Positions 11,201 through 23,100 of a DNA stretch of 64,000 nt are shown one piece after another. The position numbers and the translations under genes are program-made. The stretch covers positions 66,154,001-66,218,000 of the forward strand of contig NC_059426.1 in the NCBI RefSeq assembly GCF_021028975.2. Reading direction: 5' to 3'. Each line of letters begins with the position of its first letter. Within the stretch, counting starts at the first letter, position 1. Origin of the DNA: Sphaerodactylus townsendi. Taxonomy: Eukaryota. The notes under the pieces were generated by a model. It did no database searches. It was not told the DNA's origin and worked only from the letters and a program-made list of their open reading frames with translations.

Positions 11201-14200
11201 GTTTGAGATATTAATTGTTCCCATTGACCTGAGCCTAAACCATGCAACTTCAGTAATTCTTGATAGAGACTGAATATGTGTAGACACTCTGCCTGGGTTA
11301 CAAAGATTTGTAGGTGCATTTGTACAGGTCTGTGAACACCAGCAGCTAAGAAGAATCAGCCCTGGGGTGAATTGCCCTGGCTAAGCATGGCCTTTGGACA
11401 GAACTGACAGCTGCCAAATGATGTGATTTGTCAGCCCAGTTTACCTAGCTACCGGTGAACTCAGGTTTCACAGCTCTTTCTTCCTGTGTGAGCCGCTTAC
11501 CCACAAACAATCAAGTAACTAATAAGGATTTTTCCTAAATAAATGGCCCAGCTTGCCCCTCCCCCCATATCGGAGTAACAAAATGATTAACATTAAATGA
11601 CTGGGAACAAAGGCAACAGAGGGAAGTTAAAAAGGCCAGGCCAACAATTTAACACCTAGTTATGCAAGTCACTCCTGCTATTAGCCCCTTGTTATGTCAC
11701 GGAAAACAGGAGACAGTTTCAACTTACTGGTACATTCATAGTTTTACAAAATCTCCCCAACTATCTCCAATATAAGGTTCAAAACATGCAATATACTCAT
11801 AATCAGGGCAGGATGGCTAAAAACAAAATACAAAGTCTCTTTAACAGCAGAGGCTTTGTGATGACCACCGATCTATAAACCCAGATCGACATTTTTACTT
11901 TCACTAGTTCTTCATTCATATTCCAACAACAGAGTTCCAACTGTAAGATATCCATTAAAAGATCAGTCATATCTTAAAGATTTCAAACTACCCATGCCTT
12001 GTGTCCTACAAGAATGATCACATATGTTTCCATAGCAACTCCCACTGATGCTTTTGAGCCAATTATAAAGGAGTGTTGCAATCTGAACGTTAATGAGCTG
12101 TCTGGTTCAGTGGGTATAATCTTTTACAGTGTCATAGTTGCATCAAAGTTTTCTTGATGGTTACTCTCACTGCTCCACTTCCAGTCAAAACATTCTTAAT
12201 CAGCCTTCTCAGATTTCCATCATCACTTTTTAATTAGTTCTATGTCACTAAGATCCAGGTCAGAAGGGAAGAACAGAGTGTAATTATCCAATGGGGCAGT
12301 TTTCTCTCACTCTTTGCTTCTGTGTATGCCCACTTTTCACTATTTTATTAACCCCTTGCTCTGCTTTTATAGCCAAAGAATTGGCCCTGAGGCAGCAAGA
12401 AGGAAAGACAGTCATGTTCACTGCCATGGGTGCTGAATGGAGGCAGTTTGGCTTCCCACGGCGCCGGCGCCCACTAACTTCTGTGGTGCTTGATGAAGGA
12501 GTTTCGGAGAGGATTGTGCAGGATGTAAAAGAGTTCATTGGCAACCCCAAGTGGTACACTGACCGAGGCAAGTGTATTTTTCAAAGGCTTGCTGCCATCT
12601 ACCTTCAAATTTTGGTCTTTTCCATTGTGGATTAAATTAGCATAAAGTGATGTCATTTTTATGGTGACTTGTGGTGACCCCATAGAGTTTTTAAGGCAGG
12701 AGATGTTCAGTAGTTGTTTGCCATGGCCTGCCTCCATACCATGCCCCTGGTATTCCTTAGAGGTCTCCCATCCAAATACTTGTCACCCAGCAAGTCTCCA
12801 TGGCAGAGTGGGGATTCGAACCTGGATCCCAGATCCTAGTTACATCTTAATCACGATACCATTCTGGCTGTTGATGTCATAAGGCAAGGATATCTTTTTC
12901 ATCAACCCAGGAGCCTTTTGTAGTTGTTTACAATTACTGTCATTCAGTCCCTGTGCTGTTCTCGTCAAGGGTATCCTTGCACCTCTAAGTGCTTCATAGA
13001 TCCCACCTGCCAGCTCCCAAACTTTGATGTGCTCTCTGTAGCTCTGTTTATGCTCTTCAGCCTTTACCAACCATTGGGTAGTCCTAATTTTGCCATGTGT
13101 TGTCATCTCCCACAGCTCCAATCCATGATTATTTTGCTGACTTGTCTTAGTCCTTATAATTCTGACTTCCATTAATGTCCAGTGGAGAGACTGTCTGTCA
13201 TTGCACTGTATAAGTTGCTGGTAGATGTTAACATTCATCCTAGTTTATTACAGTGTTATGTTGACAAGCTGATGAGCTGTTCCTGTTCATAGTGACCCAA
13301 TTAGAAGATAATGGTTTATTCACTCTGTAGCTCATGCAACACCTTAAATGTATCTCCTGAATTAATGCAATGGCTCTTTTGCTTGGATCTAATAAAAGGA
13401 TTGTGTTCTTCGCTTTGGGATATTACTTTTAGGCTGGCTGAAAAAATATTTGTATTCATTAGCAATTACTAGGTTCAGGGGACTATTGATCAGAGCCACT
13501 AATGGAATCCTTATGCCAACCAAGGTATAGCAGTAGTAGCTTAAGTTTGGTAGGAAGCTGAGATGTGCTGAGTTTAGTGTTTGCTGATGCCTTCTTACTA
13601 GCTTTCTTCTGTAGGTATTCCCTATCGGAGAGGCTACCTGCTCTATGGACCCCCAGGCTGTGGGAAGAGTAGCTTTATGTGAGTATCACTTTTCCTTCCA
13701 AAAACCTTCTTCATATCTGTTCACATTTTAGATGTACAAAAAAGCAGATTACTAGTGCATAACTGGATAGAGTTTTCCATTGCAGGAAATACCTTACCTT
13801 TTGGAATATTTAAAATAAGATGAAGGCTAGGTGATTCATTTCCTCCACACTGGCTGTATTTTAGACAATTGTACTTATTTTCTCTTGAGCCATTCTTTTA
13901 TTTTCATGTAGAGTCATGTAGAAACATAGAACTAGAAGTGGTCCTAAAGTCCATGTAGTCTGGGCCTTTGCCCCGAAGCAGAATTGGTTATGTCTAAGTA
14001 TCCTAAAGGATTAATCGGTATAATTAAGGTGATGTTGCACCAGAAGTATGCAGTAGAAATGAGCACATGCTAGTACACCAAAGAACATGTAGCACAAAGT
14101 TCATTCACACTGGAAAGGCCCAGCCAATTCAATTGTGATGCATATTAGAAGAAAAGGTGTGTGCATTTGGGAAAAGAAAGTTGCAAGTCTGCCTAAAAAC

Positions 14201-17200
14201 TTTGAGCCGCAATCAATGTGTTAGAATTTCATTTGTCACAGAACTCTTTATCGTTTGGGCTGCGGAGCTGCTTTCTCATGCCCTCTCATCTACTTGTTCA
14301 TCAGGGTAGTAGATAAGACATCAGCTGTTAACATCAGACCCGCCCATCCTTTTTCTATGCAACTGGTTTTGTGCAGTGTTTAAATGCACATCACTGCTGT
14401 AATTCCCTCTAGTTTGAAGCAGCCATTATGTTAGAACCCCGTGATCCATCAGCAGAAGAAGCTCACCATTGCTGATCTTCCCAGTTCTCCTCTCACACTT
14501 GGCAGCCATTTCTGATCCCAGAAAAATTTCTATCGGGATAGCAGAACACATAAGAAGTAATAGTTAAACAGGTTGGGAGGCTGCATTGGGAAGAAGGCAA
14601 AATCATTCCCTTGTCCTCTTTCACCATTAGAGCCCCACTTGTGTGAGAATGTGGAAGGAGTAATTTTGATTGCTTCCTCCTCCACACTGTAGCTATTACT
14701 CCTGTGACCCCAGGGACAAACTTTTTCCAGGGTGGGAAATGGCTCCTGGGTGGGAAATGGGGAGGGAAGAGCCCGAGAACTCAGAGATCCTTGCCTGGAC
14801 TTCACACACTCTTTGCACTGGATCCAAGCCATTGTTTCTACATGGAACACTTCTCTACATCCCTGCACTTATCAGTTTTCATACTTTTTATCTTTGCTTC
14901 CTTCCCTTGCCATTGGTTTGTACCTGGTTCTTCATCGTCTCCTTCTTTAAAGCTATGCTCACATGATTTTTTAAGGTTCGAACTAGCAAAGCAGTAGATT
15001 AATAGCAATATGATTCTCATGCCTGCCTTCCTGGGCAGTAGTGGTGGTTTCTACCACTTAGGATAGGAAGTATTCTCTTTCCTTCTTAGCTGGAATCTCC
15101 TTACACAAGATTTTGTGTTACACTGTAAATGTCATTCTCTGTTGCAGCACAGCCTTGGCAGGGGAACTGCAGTACAGCATCTGTCTCCTGAGCCTGAGTG
15201 ACCGCAGCCTTTCAGACGATCGCCTCAACCACCTTTTGAGTGTGGCACCTCAACAGAGCATAATTCTCTTGGAAGATGTGGATGCTGCCTTCATCAGCCG
15301 AGACCTTGCTGCTGAAAGTGAGCGATGGGATCCTTCCTGTGCTGCTGTGCCAGATGCTCTCTTTTTTTGATGCTGCAGTTTGATGAAGCCTGACTTAAGT
15401 GTTCATTGTACCCGGCATCTTATGGAGACCTCCATATGAAATGCTGCTGTGGTGCAACTTTCTCTTGGCTGGTCACTTCCTCTCAAAGTGAAAGGGAATC
15501 GTGAGAATGGGCTTGAAAAGAAGCTTCAAGGAGGTGGCAGATCTTGCCAGTGCCTCTGTTCTCTGCTACAGTATCATTGCATCCAGGTTCACACTGAGAT
15601 TGCACAGTGGTGGCCAAAATGCTGATACATCTGCAGTGTGAGGCACAGCACATCAGAATTTCCTATAATTCAGCAGATGCCTGGAGTCTGAGACAAACTC
15701 CTTGCTTCATCCAATGGAGGGAGACCCCCTGCAAGAATCCAGGCCTTACCATGTTCTGCCATGGTATATTGGGTGTAGGATCAGGGAGGTAGTTCTCTGT
15801 GCTTTCCTGCTTGTGCTTCCAAGGGGAATGATGTTGTATTATATGTTATGTTTGGCACTGAGCTACTTGCTTCTTCAAAAGTATTCCAGCTGGGCTGTTA
15901 CCTAGAGATCATTGTGTGCCAGGCACAGAGTTCAAAGTGACTACTGATGCTACAGCCTAAAGCAGATCGCAGCCTTTTCCCTTCTGGAAACGTGTGACCC
16001 TAGTCAGGACTTGAACAGGCTTAGTGTTTATTTATTTAACTTGTTTAATTATCTACAATGTTTATGCCCTGCCTTATCTCTGCAAACTCGAGGTGGCTGA
16101 CAAAATAGCAGAAGCTGCAGAAGATAGGTATTACAAGTGTCCCACAAGTTAAAACCAATATAAAAACCCATAGTTAAAGACCCGTACAAAGTGTTAATGC
16201 AGCTGAGACAGTTAACCCTCCACCAAGTTTTACACATTTTCCTGAATACAGCAAATGAAGCCACTTGCCACATTCTAGTAGACCATCTCAGAAGAATGAA
16301 CCTACCGTAGAGAATGCCATGACCAAACTGTTGCCAAGTGGACCATCCAAAGTAAGGATATCATGAGGAGAAAGCTGTCTAAAGATTGCAGCTGGTGTGT
16401 GAGAGTGTTGTCTGTACCTTTGCTGTTAATTCTCCACTTCCCTACCTCTGAGATTTCTTTTTCTCTTATGTTTCTGTTTAGATCCCAATGCATACCAAGG
16501 TATGGGACGCTTGACCTTTAGTGGCCTTCTCAATGCATTGGATGGTGTTGCTTCCTCTGAAGCCAGGGTAGTATTCATGACCACCAACCACGTGGACAGG
16601 TCAGAACTGTTGCCGGGGAAATGGGGTGGGGAGAGGTGGTTCACTTCAGATAACCATTTGCTTGAATAAGGCAATCTGTTCCACTAGTGGAAGACACTTG
16701 CATCAGCAGAACAAAATGTTCTTGCCTCTTTTGGCCCAGTGAGCTCCACAAAATACTGGTCTTAGGGAAAAGGGAATAATGCTCAATAACAACCTGAAAG
16801 GCAAAGTGAGGGTCTACAGTGGGAGGGGAGAATTAGTGTAAATCACCTTGATTTTTACTGGTGCAAAATTACCACAGGGTGTAACCCAAAATAAGCAGAG
16901 GGAAGTTGTCTGGGGCAAAGCTGTGCTTACTGGCAATTCTGTCCTGCTCTGGCAACAAAGCAAATTAAAATCATGCTAGAAGTGGTCTTGCTTGCCACGG
17001 AGAGACTGGAAAATGAAAGTGGAGCTTGAGGAAATACCTTAGTACAAGAAATCTTGCTGTGACAGACATTCACCCCCATTGTGCAGTGGATACCTTATGC
17101 ATAATCGGCCCTCTGCTTAGAAGGAAACTAAATTTGCCACTTGTGGTTTCCTGGAACTATCTCTTTAAGTCATCTTCTCATTCTTTGCAGGCTAGATCCA

Positions 17201-17443
17201 GCTTTGGTTCGCCCTGGCCGGGTAGATCTCAAGCAGTATGTGGGATACTGTTCACAGTGGCAGCTTGTACGTATGTTCCAGAGGTTCTATCCAGAACAGC
17301 AACCAGCTATGGCCCAGCAGTTTGCTGAACAAGCCCCTGTGGTCTCTGATCAGATCAGTGCTGCACAAGTACAAGGCCATTTCATGCAATACAAGGCAGA
17401 TCCAGATGGAGCCATTAAAAACATGCAAGCTCTTGTGTCCTGA
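7930..17443 (+). CDS. BCS1L: Mitochondrial chaperone BCS1 (AAA ATPase), complete CDS join(7930..8249,10938..11077,12373..12567,13615..13678,15148..15317,16482..16599,17191..17443), 419 aa
   Basis: [26 protein letters not shown] start, Walker A GPPGCGKS, Walker [22 protein letters not shown]. Exon sizes 320/140/195/64/170/118/253 sum to 1260 nt with consistent phases. Confidence 0.97.
8358..8498. mobile_element. 141-bp PIF/Harbinger-type MITE
   Basis: TIR-like gctcattccgcac...gtgtggaaggggcc with tta/tca flanks; near-identical to 46710-46850. Confidence 0.75.
8917..9695 (-). mobile_element. CR1 LINE 3' fragment
   Basis: Minus ORFs [18 protein letters not shown]...[11 protein letters not shown] and [14 protein letters not shown]...RTRGHSLK; tail (cataagaa)n on the + strand. 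Confidence 0.92.
10938..11077 (+). CDS. BCS1L: BCS1L coding exon 2
   Basis: tttccag|G TAT CAA...[31 protein letters not shown]; donor gtacaa. Confidence 0.95.
12373..12567 (+). CDS. BCS1L: BCS1L coding exon 3 (GC donor)
   Basis: ttttatag|CC AAA GAA...[13 protein letters not shown]; ends AG|gcaagt. Confidence 0.93.
12655..12782 (-). mobile_element. 5S-derived SINE fragment
   Basis: ggtattccttagaggtctcccatccaaatact is the reverse complement of the 5S-like agtatttggatgggagacc. Confidence 0.55.
13615..13678 (+). CDS. BCS1L: BCS1L coding exon 4 (Walker A)
   Basis: ttctgtag|GT ATT CCC TAT...[20 protein letters not shown]; donor gtgagt. Confidence 0.96.
15148..15317 (+). CDS. BCS1L: BCS1L coding exon 5 (Walker B)
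   Basis: [30 protein letters not shown]...LLEDVDAAF; donor gtgagc. Confidence 0.96.
16482..16599 (+). CDS. BCS1L: BCS1L coding exon 6
   Basis: [39 protein letters not shown]; donor gtcaga. Confidence 0.95.
17191..17443 (+). CDS. BCS1L: BCS1L last coding exon
   Basis: ttctttgcag|G CTA GAT CCA...[12 protein letters not shown]...QALVS TGA. Confidence 0.95.
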
Positions 17444-18385
17444 TCATGGGCAAACACTGAGAAGACTCTATGCAACATTCCTGAGGTGAAGAGTTTTTGC
17501 AGAAGTGACGAGGGTGATGCTGTTTGTCTACAGACCTCAATGAGGTCTTCTTTTTCTAAGGAAAATAAAAGAGTAAACCACCTTCTCCACCACTGTTCCC
17601 AGAACAGGAATAGGGAACAGCCTGAAGGCTAGCAGGCTTCTATCCAATTGGATACTATAACATGGACCCATCCGGAAAAGTGCATATTCACACAAGACGG
17701 TTTGAGCACATCACCTGTGACTTCATGCAGCCACAGAAACTGAAGCTTGTGGGGGAAATGGATGGAATATAACTGTGAGCTCTTTCTGTCTTTATGGACT
17801 TTCAGTTACTGTGTGGTGTGAGTGGTGACAGATTCCACACTAAAACCCAATAACGGTTCAGGCTGTTTGGGTGGAGGAGCAGTTTCAAATTATTTCCCCT
17901 TCCCACTGGAAATCCTGCAAAATAAACCCACAGTTCTGTGGCTTTCTGTATAAAGAGTCCTTGACTCTCATGGATTTGAGACTCATTGGACTGCAGCAGC
18001 AGAGGAAGGCAAAAAGTACCTGCTCCATTCAAAGATCTTGTAGGATCCAGACACTGACAGATAGGAGAAGGTAGATCAGCAAAAGTCCATGCAAGTGAGA
18101 ACCAGGCTGTGGACTACAGTCTGGTACTGCAGATTATATTGTGCTGATTGAATCTGTCAGCCTGAGGGGTGAGATCGAATATATATAGAGAGAGAGGGCA
18201 TGGTAGAAGGTTACAGGGCAAGTGGAATAGATAAGGTTTTATTTGTCCCCCTCCCCTGCACAACATTTACTAATTACTGAGATCTATATAAACCTATAAG
18301 CGGACAAGCCTAGATATCTGACCTTGCCAGATATCTAAGACAACCAGGGAAGAAGAGTTCACAATTTTCATCCTCCAGACACCAG

Positions 18386-18391
18386 AATAAA
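18386..18391 (+). terminator. Candidate BCS1L polyadenylation signal (alternatives at 17564 and 18468)
   Basis: AATAAA followed by a GT/T-rich downstream tract. Confidence 0.45.
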
Positions 18392-19014
18392 GTTGCCTTG
18401 GTAATGAGTGAGTTGGTACTGATTTCTTTTACGAAGGTGCTGTGAGTATGTGAGTGATTAATCCCGAAATAAAACAGCAGCGTAAGATTCTTGGGAAGGC
18501 AGCCATGATGATGAAATTGGTCTAGGTTTGTAATGCATATCTTCCTGAGTAGTACTGAAGCCTAGGGAACAGACTTAGGGAAGGGGAAAGGGGGGATGGA
18601 AGATGTATTGTCGAAGGCTTTCACGGCCGGATTCAACCAGTTGTGGCTGTGGTCTGGTGGACCTTGTTCCTAACATTTGGCCTGCATCTGTGGCTGGCAT
18701 CTTCTGAGATGTATCTCAGAGAAAAGTCTGTTACACACTGTGTCCAGTGAGAAGGGAATGTTTTAGTGGGGTGTAAATTGTCATGTCCCCGGGTAGGGAA
18801 CCAATCAGTAAGTGTTTGGGTGGAACTTGCTATGCAAAAGTGTGATTGATAGTATAGTATTGCAGGTGGGGTTTTTCAGTCCAGAGAGTGAATGCAAATG
18901 TGAATCACTCCCTGACTGAAAACCCCCACCTGCAATACTATCAACTATACTATCAACCACACCTTTGCATAGCAAGTTCCCCACCCGGGGACATGGCAAT
19001 TTATACCTCACGAA

Positions 19015-19539
19015 GGCCGTTTCCGCACGGCCCAAAAACGACGGCCTGGGGGCGGTAAAAACGCCGCCCCCAGGCCACCGTTTGCACAGGTCGTTGCAGC
19101 AGCGCCGACCTGACTGCGCTCCCCCCCCCCCCAGGGCGGCGTCAGGCTGCCCTAAACAACAACCCTTTAAAGGGTTGTTGTTGGGGGGGAAGCGTCTTCC
19201 CGGCAGCGCGGTGCGAACCGCGCCGCCGGGAAGACACTGTCTCCCTTCTCCGCCCCACTCACGATGTCTCCGTTAGGTAAGCCTGCTGGCCGTGGAAGCC
19301 CTGCCCACACTGTCCTCCGACCTCCAGGGGTCGGAGGGGCAGCGATGGCGGACCTCCACGACCAGCAGGCAACCCACGGCGACATCGCGAGTGGGCGGAG
19401 GGAAGAAGCGTCCGATCGCGGAGCCGCCTCTCCTGCGGGGGCCTCTGCTTGGCCTGCTCGCACGCTTGCGTGCGAACGGGCTTGCGCCCCCACGCCGGCA
19501 GAACTCTTGGGGGCGCATGGCGGCCGTGCGGAAACGGCC
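19015..19539. mobile_element. GC-rich PIF/Harbinger-type MITE
   Basis: TIRs ggccgtttccgcacggcc / ggccgtgcggaaacggcc. Inserted at a TAA site, reconstructed from the opposite fold-back arm. Confidence 0.75.
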
Positions 19540-19593
19540 TAAAAAATTCCCTTCTCACTGGACACTGTGTAACAGACTTCTCTTTGTGATACA

Positions 19594-19634
19594 CCTCTGA
19601 AGATGCCAGCCACAGATGCAGGCGAAACGTTAGG
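19594..19634 (+). ncRNA. Minimal type I hammerhead ribozyme motif
   Basis: cct-CTGAAGA-t-gccagc(cacagat)gcaggc-GAAA-c-GTT|agg: conserved core boxes, stem II, palindromic AACGTT stem III and cct/agg stem I. Confidence 0.6.
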
Positions 19635-19929
19635 AACAAGATCCACCAGACCACGGCCACACAGCCCGGAAAACCCACCACAACCAGAAGGATGGAAGCT
19701 TTCCCTTTTCTTTTTCATTCCCATGCTGGTAAAAGCCACAGCTGGGATCTGATCCAGCGAGGCCTGTCTTATGCTCCCAGTTAAAGAACCAAGAGCCTTG
19801 AGAGGATAACTATAATCCAGCAAGGAAGGTGTTAATTTTCTCAACCAGCCATTAGGAGGAGCTCCAAGGTTAGTCATTTGGCAGTCCTTGGAGGGCTGGG
19901 AGAGAAGAATTGTTTGCCTCGTCTTTGTG

Positions 19930-20151
19930 ATGAGTTTTGTGAGCCTCGGGATCCTTCGATTGACCAGATGGAGATCGCTACAACCCAAATGTGCTGGGAT
20001 CTGTTTCCAGCAGAGGAAAGCCACTGCTGGCTCTACAGCGGCTGGCGCGCCAAGTCTCAAGGATTTCCAAGAACTCCCTGGTTTCGGGTTTGGGGGCTTC
20101 GTTTACTGGTCCCTGCTCCGGGGTTATATCCTTCATTCCCACGAGTTACAG
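19930..20151 (+). CDS. CYP27A1: CYP27A exon 1
   Basis: [16 protein letters not shown]...KDFQELPG...[11 protein letters not shown]|gtattc. Confidence 0.85.
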
Positions 20152-23100
20152 GTATTCTGGATTTGAGAAAAGGGGGGAGTGGGGACGAGAAGCCTGCTTG
20201 AGAAATAGCTCATGAGCTCCTGGAGGTCAGATCCCCGCAAGCAGTGCTGGCAGAACCCCAAATGGAGAACCACCTAATTCTTTTTACAGGAGGAAAGGCT
20301 TTCCGCTCTAAGATTAACCCTGACGCAACGCCCCCCCCCCCATCCTGTTGTAAAGTGAATCAGCCCGTTAAGCTTAACGCTTGCTTGTGACATTGGGCAG
20401 GCAGAGAAAAAGTTGTAGAGGTGTTCAGCCTGCATTCCTCACTGATCTTAAAGGTTACCCCAGGGTATGTTTATGGGAAAGCGTGGGATTTGTGTTTCTG
20501 TACCTTCCGTAACTATTTGCTGTGAAGTTAAGGTTGGCTGTGAGTTTCATTTTGAATTGGGAGCAGCACACAAGTTTCGAAGTGTCTACAGATTCAAACA
20601 CCTACAGTCATCCTGAAAGGAGGTGCCTGTGAGTTATGGCTGTAGAGCCGAATGTGGATCAGTACAGATTCAGAGACAAACATGGTTCTGTTTAGAAAAG
20701 GGTAGGTGGGATGTTATAATAAACGGGATTGTTAACCTAAGCGTCAGCAGGGTTAAATGGCATGTTTTTAGGTATGCAAAGAGGAGTTCTTACTGTCGCT
20801 CTGAATTTTGATGTAGTTTGGCTCTTTAATCATAAAAGTTTGCTGCAGCTGTAAATGGATTTACTTTACACGTGGGTTCCAAAATGTTACAGCAAAATTA
20901 GAAGTAGATCTCGTTTTAGAAATTGCTACCTGAAGCTGTACATCCACCTTGAGGCTCTCCTCAGCCATCTGTGGCTGAAGAATTGCAACATGCTCAGGTG
21001 TTAGTATTTCAGCAGCAGCAGTGTCACTTATTCTAGAAACCTTGTTCTCTCTATCCTGGCTAAGTCACACAACTTTCAAGTTTCACTCAAAAGTAGCAAT
21101 CTGATGCACTGGGAGGACAGCCTGGTTCAAGGTCCATTAAGACAGGATTTCTTTAAACTTGGGGAGACCTCCCTCCTGGTTTGCAAAAATATATATATTT
21201 AAAGTTTTTATGATTTAAACTCCTCCCCCCCCCCCCAACAATAATGTTATTGATACTTGTGCGGATTACTTTCCTGTGCAGCCCAGGCGGCAGCTCACGG
21301 GAGTTCTGCCTCTGACGTGGCTCAGGGGGATCCTGCTGGCTTAAAAGGGCCCTGTCAAGTGCCACAAAAAATAAAAAAGTCCAGAAATTCCCAGACTGCA
21401 GAAAAGCCACGTGAAAAGCAATCGATAACAAAGTCAATTATGCTGAAGAAGACATCCACCCTGAATAAATCTTCAGCATTCTTCTGAGTTGGGTACCCAG
21501 TCCCCCTGTGAGTAGCAAAACTATCTGGCACACCAATTTGATTGGCACATGCTGTGCTTCTTCAAGTATCTCAATCCATTTCTCTCTCAGTTTCAGGATA
21601 TCTTCCTGAAGTTGATCAGTGTTGCCTCTTTCTATTTCTAATGTGGCATCACAAGATTCTATTACTTAACTGACCTCATGGATCATTGTGAGAACTTAAA
21701 TCCAAATGACTGACATTAGTACACATTCATAAGGATCCAAGTATTTTTGATGCCCCATAGATCAGACTTATTCTCTGCTGACAAAGTAGTAACGTCACTT
21801 GGCTCTGCCACACCATTTCTATCACTATCCAAATGATGAACCATTGGTCTTACACAATACATGCTCACTGCCCACCCATGTTATGCAATGAGACAGGAAG
21901 GTGTTCTTTCAGTATCTCCCGCTGCTTGGGGTTTCAACTTGAAGACACTGAACATTTCCTGTATGATTCCATAGAATGTTATAGCTTCACTGCAGGCTTC
22001 AGTACAACTGGTGATATAAGCAGCACATGTGGGTAATGTGAAATATCTAAACAACCACTATTGCACTATTCAAACTGGCCAAAATCCAAAACAATTAAGT
22101 AAACAATATGGGTTATTTTAATGTAGAAAAGTGCAGTGTCAACATAGGAGAACACCACACAGAACAAAACAAAGCAAGCACTTAAGAGAGAATCCTCTAT
22201 TCCTATCAACAATACCTAGCATTACTTTATTCCTATATAGTTGTATATTGACTATGAAGTTCCAAACATCAAGGTAGAGGATAAATAATGCAGGCTCACA
22301 GTCCAAATTTATAGCTTTCTCACAACAGTCTCTTTTCTTGGCAGTCAATGCCTATGTGATGACTTCCAACTGAGCATGCTTTGCTCAGTAATCTGAAGAG
22401 GTGAGCCAGAGTGGAGGTTACACAGGTTAACTCCTTGATATTTACTTTCCTAAATTGAACTTGGCCCCCAAATATATTGTTGGCTGATGAAGATTCTGTG
22501 AAACATCTATATAAGATGCGGAACACGTCCTGTTGATTCAGTTGCCAATTGGATGGGAATCTTGAACTGGAGAGATTCCAAGTCATTAATCTTATCGCAG
22601 GACAGTTGGAAGCCATCACATTCTGATTATTTCTCTTTCCAGCGTTTATCATGAGTAATTTCAAAGATTTTAGATGAATAGGAGGGGGTCAAATATTACA
22701 TCACCAGTTTATTGAAATTTCTCCTCCATGTTCACTCAGTTTAAATTTACAGTGTCATTTTTTTACTTTCCCTGTTTGCAAATATAAGCTGGATCTTGAG
22801 CTGCGCTCATTTGTAAAAGGATATGCTCTAAAAATGAAACTGAGTGAAATGGTTGCTCCAGCATAATCTTTTCAAACTGAAGCTGCATTCAAATGGTGAA
22901 CTTAACTGTGGTAAAGTTGAAATGCATACACATGTGTCTTTTTCATTGAAGTTTAGAATCTTGGTTACAAGGTAGAGGAGTGAACTCATTCAGGTTTACA
23001 CAGGCATTCATAAGAACTGAAGTTCATAGGCACATGACAAAAGCCCTGTGCTCAAGGCAAAAGCCGGTTACCAATAACCATCCAAAAGCTTCTTCAGTGT

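Larger units (their letters stand above)
18606..19687. mobile_element. Fold-back (inverted) pair of Penelope-like element termini, interrupted by a MITE
   Basis: 18640-18890 is the reverse complement of 18903-19012 plus 19540-19670. It contains the ctgaagatgccagccacagatgcaggcgaaacg motif typical of PLE termini. Confidence 0.7.

Noticed and set aside
18965-19681. Overlapping GC-rich ORFs (also at 33987-34515, 51177-51941, 59329-60090 and 63341-63677)
   Set aside because: They fall inside GC-rich MITEs where stops are rare; no protein motifs.
20300-20380. TAATCT/TAAGCT homeodomain-like sites in CYP27A intron 1
   Set aside because: Short motifs expected by chance; no conservation evidence available.
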